Assembly (NCBI RefSeq): GCF_963921235.1
Contig: NC_086120.1
Span: 186,001-250,000, forward strand
DNA from: Mobula hypostoma
Taxonomy: Eukaryota
Length of the DNA stretch: 64,000 bases
Direction: 5' to 3'
Positions 13,181-24,100 of the stretch are shown in pieces. The notes beneath the pieces are model-generated. The model was not told the DNA's origin, did not search any database, and saw only the letters and a list, made by a program, of their open reading frames with translations. How positions within the stretch are numbered: the stretch's first letter is position 1; every line of letters starts with the position of its first letter. A program made the position numbers and the translations under genes.

Positions 13181-14276
13181 TAGAAATATTACATTTAGTT
13201 ACCAAGAACAAGATGTAATCTCCAGATGTAGCTGAATCAGTGCTTTAAAGGTTTACCATGCCTTTCTTGAGTTGTTCCAATAACAATTACACCAAAGATC
13301 TATTTGCTGTTTCTTGGTAACTTTATAAACTTTCTCAACCAGTCCAGTCATTTCCAACAAAACATGTATCTACAGATCCATATACCACTGTTTCTGTTCC
13401 CAGACCTCTTTCAGAACTGCCCCTTATATTGTATTTTATTATTCTCCCCAGCAAAATGTAATGCTTCATATTTTTTTGTATTATTTTGCACTTTTCCAAG
13501 GCACAGAAACAACTAAGCGAAACTTGAAGTTCCACCTTCTCTGGATTGACTACTATTACCATCCTCACACACCCAGGCCTGTTCCCTTTTCTGCAGATTT
13601 TCTTGCAGTTATTTAGATGTTTTCTGTTCAGAGGACAGATGAAAAATAATTGTTCAAAGTATCCACATTTAATCCTGTCTTTGTCACATCTCAAATATTT
13701 TTAAATATATGACTTCAACCTCCTTCTTCCTTTACTTACCTTTAGAAGTTTTATTACCTGCCTCAACATGTCAGGATAGCTTAATCTCAATATATTTTCT
13801 CCCTTATTTTTACTTAACTTTCTTCTGGCTTCGAATGCATCTGCCTTCCAGTCTGTTACCAACCTCTACAACATTGCAATTTTCTTCAACTTGATACTGT
13901 ACTGACGACTCAGTCCATGTCCACTACCTTGGGCCATAAGGCACACATTTATACTGCATCAGTTTGATCAAATTCTATTCTGGTGGACAATACTGTGTAC
14001 AAATACTTTACTGGAATTTTCATAATGTGACTTTACAAAAATATAGTACAAGCATCAATATCGAATCCCTCAATTTAGAACCTACAGCACATATGGGGAG
14101 ACACATTCACTAACCCTATTATGTGCCTGAGTAACTATTAGAATGGCGCACACGGGTTATGTACACACTACTCAAGCTAAAAAGGTTAATGACTGCAGTA
14201 TTATTTAAGAATTGCTTTTTTACGACTTCAAACCCGAATGTTCAGATTTTGAGTTTGTTATGCTTGTTATTCCTAC

Positions 14277-14677
14277 CTGTTAGCTCCCATCCACATCATC
14301 ATTCTCCCTTCATTCTTCTCTGATACAAGTTCGTCAGATTCAGCGAGGTTGGTACTGGAAGATGGAGGTGTCTCGACGGCATTAGAAGAGTTATTGCTTG
14401 CGTAAATATAGCTCCGCACATAGTGGCGATCAGTTTGCAAAGCAAGTTTGAGTTCCTTTGAAAAGCTGGAATGCTCAGGGTTCAGACACTCCATCCACTG
14501 AACAGGCTCCTGCTCTTTCAGCTCTGAACTCAAAGGCACCTGGTTAATATCTTGAATAATGCCATTGAAAGGTGAAGGACAAGAACCATCAAAGCCTACA
14601 GATGGTGGTGTTCCCTTGAGTTCTTGCTCTGTGCTGGAAACAAGGGGATTCTCTGGCAATTTTGAGGTTGATTCCAT
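14277..14677 (-). CDS. Arkadia-family (RNF111/ARK2N N-terminal-like) protein, first coding exon (exon spans 14707..14277, ATG at 14677)
   Basis: Acceptor ctttacaccacag|G at 14707; strong Kozak ATAATGG; open for 401 nt; donor CAG|GTAGGA (phase 2). YASNNSSNAVETPPSSSTNLAESDELVS resembles ARK2N [27 protein letters not shown] and RNF111 LSSPSSSLHFGDSDTVTS (from memory). Confidence 0.78.
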
Positions 14678-14977
14678 TATCAAACAAGAAACCAATGTTA
14701 CGGAAACCTGTGGTGTAAAGTTTGTAAAGAAGAACTCCATAATACAAAAGCACTATAATGCAGACTTATTTAACCAGATCCTTCCCCATGCTACCTCCCA
14801 AAATTTTACATTAGCATCCAATTTTTTAACTTAAACCATCTTACTGCAGTGAAAAAGTAAAAGTGGCCTAATAATGTCTACACTGTTGACTTTTATACAA
14901 AACAACTAACAAATGTCATCAGGAAATTATTAAGAAAAATAATGTTAGACTATTAAACAAGGCCATTCTTATCTCAA

Positions 14978-17288
14978 ACAAAAGAAAATCTTCAGATGCT
15001 GGATATCCAAGCAACACACACAAAATGTTGGATGAACTCAGCAGGCCAGGCAGCAAATTCAGAAAAAAGTACGGTCGACATTTTGGGTCAAGACCCTTCG
15101 GCAGGACTGGAGAAAAAAAAGATGAGTAAATATAAAAGGTGGAGGAGGGGAGAGAGAAACACAAGGTGATAGAAGAAACCGGGAGAGGGACGGATGAAGT
15201 AAAGAGTTGGGAAGTTGATCAGTAAAAGGCGGGAGAAGGAAAAGGAGAGAACAGGCCATGGAAAAAGAAAAAAGGGGGAGGAGCACCAGGAGTCGATGGG
15301 CAAGCAAGGAGATAAGGTGAGAGAGGTAAAAGGATAAGAGGAATGGTGAAGGGGGTGGGGCATTACCGGAAGTTTGAGAAATGCGCACTAATCCTAACCT
15401 CACCATCAAACCCGCAGATGGGGGGGGAAGGCTGTAGTAATCAGCTTGTTCCTGCCCAACTGAACTCATATCTCTCATACCTGCATACCTCAACTCTGTC
15501 TTATCCACCCCCCACCCCCCAAGTTCAGTCCCTTACTACCTACACCCATGACACTTCACACGCTCTGGATCTTTTCAATGATTTCAAGTTCACTGGCCCT
15601 CATCATCTTATTTTCACTATGATATCCAGTCCCCATATACCTCCATCCCCCACCAGGAAGGACTCAAAGCACTCCGTTTCTTTCCAACACCAGACCCAAC
15701 CAGTTCCCCTCCACCGCCAATATCCTCCATCCAGCAGAACTTGTCCTCACACTTAATAATTTCTCCTTTCGTTCCTTCCACTTCCTTCAAACAAAAGGTG
15801 TAGCCACAGGCACTCGCATGGGTCCCAGTTATGCCTGCCTTTTTGCCAGCTATGTGGAACAGCCTACACAGGTGTCCGTCCCCCATTTTCCTATGCTACA
15901 TTGATGACTGCATTGGTGCTGTTTCCTGCACCCATGCCGAGCTGGTCGACTTCATCAACTTTGCCTCCAACTTCCACCCTGCCCTCAAATTTAAAGGGCC
16001 CACAACCAACACCTCCCCCCCACCGCTCAATTTCGTTGTCTATCTCTGGAGGCAACTTATCTACTAATGTCTATTATAAACCCACGGACTCTCACAGCTA
16101 CCTGGAATATACCTCTTCTCACCCTGTTACTGAAAAAAACACCACCCCCTTCTCTCAATTCTTCCATCTCTGCCAAATCTGCTCTCAGAATGAGGCTTTT
16201 CATTCTAGAATGAAGGAGATGTCCTTTTTCAAAGAAAGGGGCTTCCCCTCTTCCACCATCTACACAGCCCCTCAATCGCATCTCTTCCATTTTTCGCATA
16301 TCTGCTCTTACCCCATCCTCCTGCCACACTACCAGGGATAGGGTTCCTCGTTCTCGTCTACCCCCACCAGCCTCCATGTCCAGCACATAATTATCCAGAA
16401 CTTCCGCCATCTCCAACAGGATCCCACCACCGAGCACATCTTTCCCTCCCCCCACACTTTCTGCTTTCCACAGGGATCGCTCCCTACGCAACTCCTTTGT
16501 TCCTCCCCACTGATCTCCCTCCTGGCACTTATCCTTGCAAACGGATCCTACCCTATACCTCCTCCCTCACTACCATTCAGGGCCCAAAGTCATTCCAGGT
16601 GAGGCGACACTCCACCTGTGAGTCTCTTGGGGACATATACTGTGTCCGATGCTCCCGGTGTGACCTCCTGCATATCGGTGAGACCTGACGTAAATTGGGA
16701 GACTGTTTCACTGAGTGCCTACGCATTGTCTGCCAGAAGAAGCGGGGATCTCCCAATGCCCACCCATTTCAATTCCACTTTCCATTCCCATTCCGATATG
16801 TCAATTCATGGCCTCCTCTACTGTAGCGATGAGACCACACTCAGGTTGGAACAACACCTTTATTCCACCTGGGTAGCCTCCAACCTGATGGCATGAACAT
16901 CAATTTCTCAAACCTCCAGCAATACCCCCCACCCCTCCCTTCACCATTCCCTTTCCCCTCTCTCACCTCATCTCCTTGCCTGCCAATCACCTCCCTCTGG
17001 TGCTCCTCCCCTTTACTTTTTTGCAATCCTTCTGTTTTCTCCTATTGGGCGACTCCTTCTCCAGCCCTGTATCTCTTTCACAATCAACTTCCCAGCTCTT
17101 TATTTCACCCCTCCCCCTCCCAGCTTCACCTATCACCTTGTGTTGTTCCCCCCCCCCGCACCTTTTATATCTACTCCTCAGCTTTTTTCTCCACTCCTGC
17201 CAAAGGGTCTCAGCCCGAAACTTGGACTGTACTTTTTTCCATAGATGCTGCCTGGCCTGCTGAGTTCCTGCAGCATTTTGTGTGTGTT
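14978..17288 (+). mobile_element. Penelope-like retroelement (RT + GIY-YIG) with inverted terminal pLTRs
   Basis: RT motif YIDDCIG, NFHPALKF, thumb YYKPTDSHSYLEYTSSHP, endonuclease IYCVRCSRCDLLHIGET. 14978-15385 is an inverted copy of the right end. TSD GCCATTCTTATYTCAA at 14962-14977 and 17289-17304. Confidence 0.88.
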
Positions 17289-17695
17289 GCCATTCTTATT
17301 TCAATATAATATAGGAATTGATATACACCTGGGCTATAAGGAAAAAACAGTTACAGCTTTAAAAAATTTACAGCTCATTTTTAAATCCGGATACCAGGTG
17401 TCATTGCAACTGTGGTACTTAAGTCAGTGATTCAGAGGGATGATCAACAGGAAAAATACCCATGATAAACTGTATCTGAGGCACAGCAGGATCAAGACTT
17501 TGGCCTATCGTATCTGTGGCAGCCATGACACTAATCTAAATGACCACCCACCCCCCATCTTCCTGTGCAACGCCCATATCCTTTCATTCTCCAAAAGTGG
17601 GATTAACTTATCCTGTTACAGGTCTCGATTCAAAATGTTGTTCATCCATTCCTGTCCATAGATGCTGCCTGACCTGCTGAGTTCCTCTAGCTTTC

Positions 17696-18676
17696 AAGCA
17701 ACACACACAAAATGCTGGTGGAACACAGCAGGCCAGGCAGCATCTATTGGAAGAAGTACAGTTGATGTTTCGGGTCCAGACCCTTCGTCAGGACTAACTG
17801 AAAAAAGAGATAGTAAGAGATTTGAAAGTGGGATGGGGAGGGGGAGACCCGGAATGATAGGAGAAGACAGGAGGGGGAGGGATGAAGCCAAGAGCTGAGA
17901 AGTTGATTGGCAAAAGTGATACAAGGCTAGAGAAGGGCATCATGGGACGCAAGGCCTTGGAAGAAAGAAACATAGAAAATAGGTGCAGGAGTAGGCCATT
18001 CAGCCCTTCGAGCCTGCACCACCATTCAGTATGATCATAGCTGATTATCCAACTCAGAACCCTGTACCAGCCTTCCCTCCATACCCCTGATCCCTTTAGC
18101 CACAAGGGCCATATCTAACTCCCTCTTAAATATAGCCAATGAACTGGCCTCAACTGTTTCCTGTGACAGAGAATTCCACAGATTCACCACTCTCTGTGTG
18201 AAGTTTTTCCTAATCTCTGTCCTAAAGGGCTTCCCCTTTATCATCAAATTGTGACCCCTCGTTCTGGACTTCCCCAACATCGGGAACAATCTTCCTGCAT
18301 CTAGCCTGTCCAATCCCTTTAGGATATTATACAATTCAATAAGATCCCCCCTCAATCTTCTAAATTCCAACGAGTATAAGCCTAGTTGATCCAGTCTTTC
18401 ATCATATGAAAGTCCTGCCATCCCAGGAATCAATCTGGTGAACCTTCTTTGTACTCCCTCTATGGCAGGGGGAGAAAGGGAGCACCAGAGGAAGATGGAG
18501 AACAGGCAAGGAGTAATTGTGAGAGGGAAAGAGAGAAAAAAAGACAATAAAGTTAAAATAAATAAATAAATAATAGATTAGGGATGGGGTAAGGAGGTGC
18601 CTGGCCTGCTGCGTTCCACCAGCATTTTGTGTGTGATGCTTGAATTTCCAGCATCTGCAGATTTTCTCGTGTTTGC
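17696..18676. mobile_element. Fold-back Penelope-like pLTR insertion into an older pLTR copy, itself interrupted by a young CR1 3' end (~17968-18466, -)
   Basis: TSD TTCCTCYAGCTTTC at 17682-17695 and 18677-18690; CR1 ORF AIEGVQRRFTRLIPG...VVNLWNSL. Confidence 0.8.
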
Positions 18677-19184
18677 TTCCTCCAGCTTTCTGTGTGTTGC
18701 TCCAGCTTTCAGCATCTGTAGTCTCATTACATTTTTTTTGTATGTTCGTGTGTCCACCTAAAATCTCTTAAATGCTCCTAACACTTCTACCACCTCCCTT
18801 TGGAGCACACTCCAGACCCCTACAAACCACTTCAAAGTGAAAAGAAAAGTATGCCTTGTGTTGTATAGTTGTAACATGATTTCCCAATTTATATAGTCAA
18901 TGACGTGATGAAGGAACGCATGCCAAACAACTTTTTCACAAAATTGTCTACCTGTATCACCGCTAACTGGAAACGATGCACCTTGTACACTTCCCAGGGC
19001 CCTGCTATTTACTGTGCAAGTTCTGCCCTGGTTTAAGTAACCAAACTTCAACATTTTTCCACTGTCAAGTCAAGTCTATTGGCATTTCGACCATAAGCTG
19101 CTGGGTACAGTACACAGTAAAAATGAAACAATGTTCCTCCAGCACCCTGGTAGAAGCCTTTTCCCACTTTCTCAGTAGATCTAC

Positions 19185-20012
19185 TGTAGATTTGGCTGTA
19201 AGCTTAGACATCCACCATCTACAATAGGATCCTACCACTGACCATATCTTTCCCACAAACCCTCCACCCCCCCGCCCCCCGCTTTCTACAGGGATCACTC
19301 TCCCTTGTCCAGTGATCATCCTCCAGGCAATTATCCATGCTAGCATGACAAATGCTACACTTGCCCTTACACCTCTTCTATCAGCATCACTCAAGGCTCC
19401 AAACAGTCCTAGGTGAGACAAAATTTCACCTGCACATCTGTGAGGGTCAGCTAATGCATCTGGTGCAGGCTCTTTTACATCAATGAAACCCAACACATTG
19501 GTGGAGCACTTTGTCAAGCACTCTTGCTCTGTCCACCTCAAAAGATGGAATTTCTCGATAGCCATCCATTTCAATTCAACTTCCTATTCCCTTCTGACAT
19601 GTCAGTCCATGGCTTCCTCTAATGGCACATAGAGCAGCAATACCTCACATTCTGTCTGAGTAGTTGCCAACCTGATCACATGACAGTGATTTCTCTAACT
19701 TCAGGTAATTCCTTCCCCTCCTCTTTTTCACTTCCCCATTCTGGTTCCTCTCTCACCCCTCCTCCTTCCCTTTCTCCTATCAGATTCCTCCTTGTTCAGT
19801 CCTTTACCTCTTCCAGCCCTTTTCCACCACCCACCTTCACCCTCACCTTTTTTCACCGAACTCCTGCCAGCTTCCCCTCACCCACCATCTTATTCTGCTT
19901 TCTGCCCTTCCTTTTCCAGTTCGAATTAAGGGTCTCCGACCCAAACGTCAACTATTTATTCCCCACCATAGATGTTGTCTGATTGGCTGAGTTCCTCCAG
20001 TATTTTGTGTAT
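19185..20012 (+). mobile_element. Older Penelope-like 3' fragment
   Basis: Degenerate match to 16390-17288 (GIY-YIG region, pyrimidine tract, pLTR end). Confidence 0.7.
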
Positions 20013-20624
20013 TGATCATAGACAAACAGCTCCACCATCCACCACACTAGCAATTTTGCTATCATCCACAAACTTACCAAGCACGTCGACTACATTCTCA
20101 TGGAAATCAATACACCTGATAAACAATAGTGGACCCTGTGGCATATTACCCACTGGTCACAGACATCCAATCTGAAATACAATCCTCCACCACCAATTTT
20201 ATATCGGCTTGTCTAGATCGACAACCCCAAAGAACAAAGTGGAATCTTCCCCCACATTTTGGTTAAGTTGTGGCGGAGAGCATCACTGGGGGAGGGATTC
20301 AGGATCGCTGGGCAGGAGGAGGTATCACGCCGTCTGCGTTTGTTGGGAGGGTGTTAAAATGGGATACACAATCACACCCTCCGCCGATCACCACCCACCC
20401 ACGCCGCAGTCACCGAGTCGGGGGGTGTGTTGAAGCTTAAGTCCCCACCGCCGACACTCACTCACTCACTTCCCGCAACAGCACTTCGTCCCGATGGGTC
20501 TCGTAGAGAGCCCCACCCACACTCCCACAACACTCCTGTCCCATGTCATCGAGAGGAAGAAAGGGGAAAAGGACTGGCACATCCGCGGCCCGAAACTACC
20601 CCAAACCCGCCAGCCGACACTCAC

Positions 20625-20680
20625 CGACCCACTGCCACAGCCCGGCCTCCTGTCGCTGTGAGATCACTTCCGGGGTCTTG
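20625..20680 (-). other. Putative non-coding exon 1 of the Arkadia-family gene
   Basis: Consensus minus-strand donor TCG|GTGAGT (plus ACTCAC 20619-20624) inside the CpG island, just downstream of the ETS-CRE motif on the minus strand. 5' end is a guess. Confidence 0.5.
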
Positions 20681-20685
20681 GCAGT

Positions 20686-20701
20686 GTGACGTCACTTCCG
20701 G
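20686..20701 (-). promoter_or_regulatory. Overlapping ETS-CRE composite motif CCGGAAGTGACGTCAC
   Basis: Plus strand GTGACGTCACTTCCGG; its reverse complement is the GABP/CREB composite element known from proximal housekeeping promoters. Confidence 0.7.
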
Positions 20702-21069
20702 GATCGCGGCGCCACAGAAATTCTCACATACACATACACACAAAGCAAGAGGCGTGTGTGCGCTTTCCTGGGGGAAAAGTCCTCCGGCTCGTCATCACTC
20801 GCCAGCGCACATCTGTCCCCGTGTCGTGCCGTGACTAGAAGTGGCAGGGCTCCACAATAAACCAGACGAACCTAAGCTCCGTTCTCCCGCCGGAAACTGT
20901 TGTCAATCCTGAATAGGAAAAGGACAGACCTGTCCGTCAAATGATTGTCGCTCCAACCTGCCAGTCGGTTGATGGTAGAGCGAATCACACTGTCCAATCA
21001 GCGTTGTAATTTTCCCTTTGCCGGCCAATGGGAATCTTGGAGGCAGGACTTCCGGCGGAGCTGGGCGCC

Positions 21070-21193
21070 ATGGCGAAGACCTACGATTACCTGTTTAAGC
21101 TACTGCTGATCGGAGATAGTGGCGTCGGCAAAACCTGCGTCCTTTTCCGCTTCTCCGAGGACGCCTTTAACACCACCTTCATCTCGACAATCG
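21070..21193 (+). CDS. RAB8A: RAB8A coding exon 1 (P-loop GDSGVGKT)
   Basis: Strong Kozak GCGCCATGG; 124 nt; donor G|GTATGG at 21194. Confidence 0.96.
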
Positions 21194-24100
21194 GTATGGC
21201 CGGTCGCGCGCAGGTTCTCCTTTCTGGGTATTGGGGTGCAGGGAGCGAAGGTCAAGGGCCGAACCCGGCCCCATTCTTTCCCCTCCCGCTGGTCGAGACC
21301 CCGGGCCCAGCCACCAGATAACTGCTACGCGGATCTCCCTTCCCCTCTCGCTCTGAAACCTCGCAGTGGGCAGGAAGCTGACGTCTGTCCCAGGCGGAGA
21401 TGGTTCCAGTCCGTGGCTGCCTCAACACCCGGCCCTGTTACTCCAACAATGTCCCCATCAACTTTCCCGCCCTCCAGGTCTGCCGCTTACTGACACACTC
21501 GGGGCAATTTACAGCGATCGATTAACCTTCCGACTTGTATTGACTTTGAGACGTGACGAAACCGGAGCCCCAAAAGGTCGCATGTGGTAATGGGTAGAAT
21601 GTGAAAATCCTGCACAGACGCCACCGGATACAGATCAGCGGCTGTAGCAGCTGCTCCAGTCTCTGGATTGACCAGCTTAGTCGTGATGTCTAACTGAGTT
21701 CTCGTTTTCCCATGACAGTCTAAGACTTGTATTCCTTTCTATGATCTCAGTACAGTTTAGGTTACTTTGAATTTAAGGTTCGTTTCTTCTAACTGTGATT
21801 AACTCGGCTTAACATTCCTACTTTATCTGCTTGGCAAGGCGGGACCTCATTAAGGTTTTTTCCCCCTTTCTGGTTTGTAATACTTTAAGCTTGGGGTCGG
21901 CAAAATCTCAGATTTTCCTGCACAATCTGTCTTGTCTCATTTTCATTAAGCCATTTGGGTATATAGATGAATTTGAATGGTTTTTGTGGTCCCATGTACA
22001 TTGTGTTTGCTGACAGAGCTGAACTGAATTTGGAAAATCAACTTTCAGAGAGATTCAAATGACTTCCATGTTAGAGACTACATTCACGTTATAATAAGTG
22101 AAAAATGGCTACCAGTGACCAATGGTATTCAGCAGCCGTCAGTGTTGGGTGCATTACTTTTCATGTTATATGTTAATTATCTGGGTGATAAAGTTGATGG
22201 CCAAGTTTACAGGTGATAAGATGTACTGTAATAGCAGGGATGTAATGCAATGGTCAGGCCACAATCAGGAGAATTATGAACAGTTTTGGGCCTCATCTAA
22301 GACAAGATAGAGTCATTAGAGAGGTTCCAGAGGAGGTTTATGAGAATTATCCCACAAATGAAAAGATTAATATCTGAGGAGTGTTTGATGGCTCTCGGCC
22401 TGTGCTTTCTGAACTTTAAATGAACGAGAGGGGATCTCATTGAAACCTGCCAAATATCGAAATAGAATGGACATAGTGAAGATGTTTCCAATAGCATGAG
22501 AGTCTGAGACCAAAGGGCACAGCTTCAGAATAGGAGAATGTCCCTTTAGAACAGAAATGAGAAGAAATTTCTGAAGCTAGAAGGTGGTGAATCAGTGGAA
22601 ATCTTTGCCACATATGGCTGTGGAGGCCAAGTCATTGGGTATATTTAAAATAAGATTAATCGTTATTAATTAATAAGGGCATCAAAGGATGACAAGAGAA
22701 TGAGGTTAACAGGAAATAAAGGGAGATTAGTATATTTTGTCATATGTAGATTGAAGTATTTACCCATAATTGAATGACACAATGAGCCGAATGGCATAAT
22801 CTGCTCTTTAAGTCTAATTGCAGCTAAGGCTGAGGGCCTTGTCCTTCATGCTAAGTTTTTTAATTTACAATGACTGAACTTGATTTCTTTCTTTTCAGGT
22901 ATTGACTTTAAAATCAGAACAATTGAGTTGGATGGAAAGAAAATCAAACTGCAGATATGGTGAGGATATGTAGGGCCACTTGACCAGGGTCTGCAAACCG
23001 CATTTACCCTGAAATCAGAGTAGTAGCTGATTGCTTGTAACATCACATCATACGCATAATTGAAAAACCATTGTGTTCACCAGCTGTCCGATCAAGCTGA
23101 TTGTGGTTTTAACAAAGGAATTGTCTTTGGAGTAGCGTTTCCCAACCTGAGGTCCTGTCGATTAATGGTAGAGGTCCATGTCCCTTTTATGGAGCATTTT
23201 CCATGGTCTTGATGGTATTAACTCAGTGCAGCAAAACAGAAAATTAAATTTACAGTACAATGTGATTTGCTATTCTCCCACTGTGACTCTTTACATTTGA
23301 ATTTGTGCATTCTATATTATAAAATGTCCTCATGTACTTTGGTGGTTCAGTGAAAGACTTGGAAGGACTGTATTTTCATCTAAGGTATTGAGTTAAAGCA
23401 AAAGTTTAACAGCTTAAGTTGGAAATAGTGCCAGTGTGTTCAAAGTTCGAAAGGTCAAAATAAAATTTATTATTAGAGTACATGGATGTCACCACATACA
23501 ACCCTGAGATTCTTTTACTGCAGGCACACTTAGCAAATCTATAGGATAGTAACTATGAACAATTATCAATGGACAACAAACAAAATGCAGATATAAATAA
23601 ATAACAGGAATGAAATAAAAAGATAGTCTTTAAAGGAAGACCATTGGTTGTGGAAACACCAGAAGTAGAATCAGTGTAGTTATTCCTTTCTGTTCAAGAG
23701 GCTGATGTTTGAGGGGTAGTAACTATTCTTGAACCTGGTGGGGTGAGTCCTCCAGCCCTTGATGGAAGCGGTAAGAAAAGAGCATGGCCTGGGTGGTGAG
23801 GATCTTTGATAGATGCTGCTTTTCTACAGCAACATTGCTCAATGGTTGGGAGGGATTTACCTGTGATATACTGGGCTGAATCCACTACCTTCTGTAGAAT
23901 TTTCTGCTACAATAACAGGCCGTAATGCAGCCAGTGAGGACACTTTCCACCACACATCTACAGAAGTTTGCCAAGGTTTTTGGTGACAAGGGCCTTTAAA
24001 ATGAATTGTTTTATCAAACTTGTAATCAGCTCTGAGCAGTCAAGCAGGAAATACAGGACTGTATGTACATTGCAGTTTATAGAAGCAGAGACAATGGTGG

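Larger units (their letters stand above)
20270..21560. promoter_or_regulatory. CpG island / bidirectional promoter shared by RAB8A (+) and the Arkadia-family gene (-)
   Basis: CpG-dense relative to the flanks. ETS sites ACTTCCGG at 20666-20673 and 21048-21055, CRE TGACGTCA at 20687-20694, CCAAT boxes at 20994-20998 and 21025-21029. Confidence 0.8.

Noticed and set aside
13335-13694. 119-aa minus ORF as an additional exon
   Set aside because: Looks like decayed CR1-type sequence, and the flanking exons already join in phase without it.
14273-14740. ORFs 14273..14740 and 4865..5260 as stand-alone genes
   Set aside because: Both contain canonical acceptor and donor sites and join in phase; they are exons of one gene.
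21028-21321. 97-aa ORF as a single-exon or truncated Rab protein
   Set aside because: It reads through the exon 1 donor at 21194 into intron; the spliced gene is complete.
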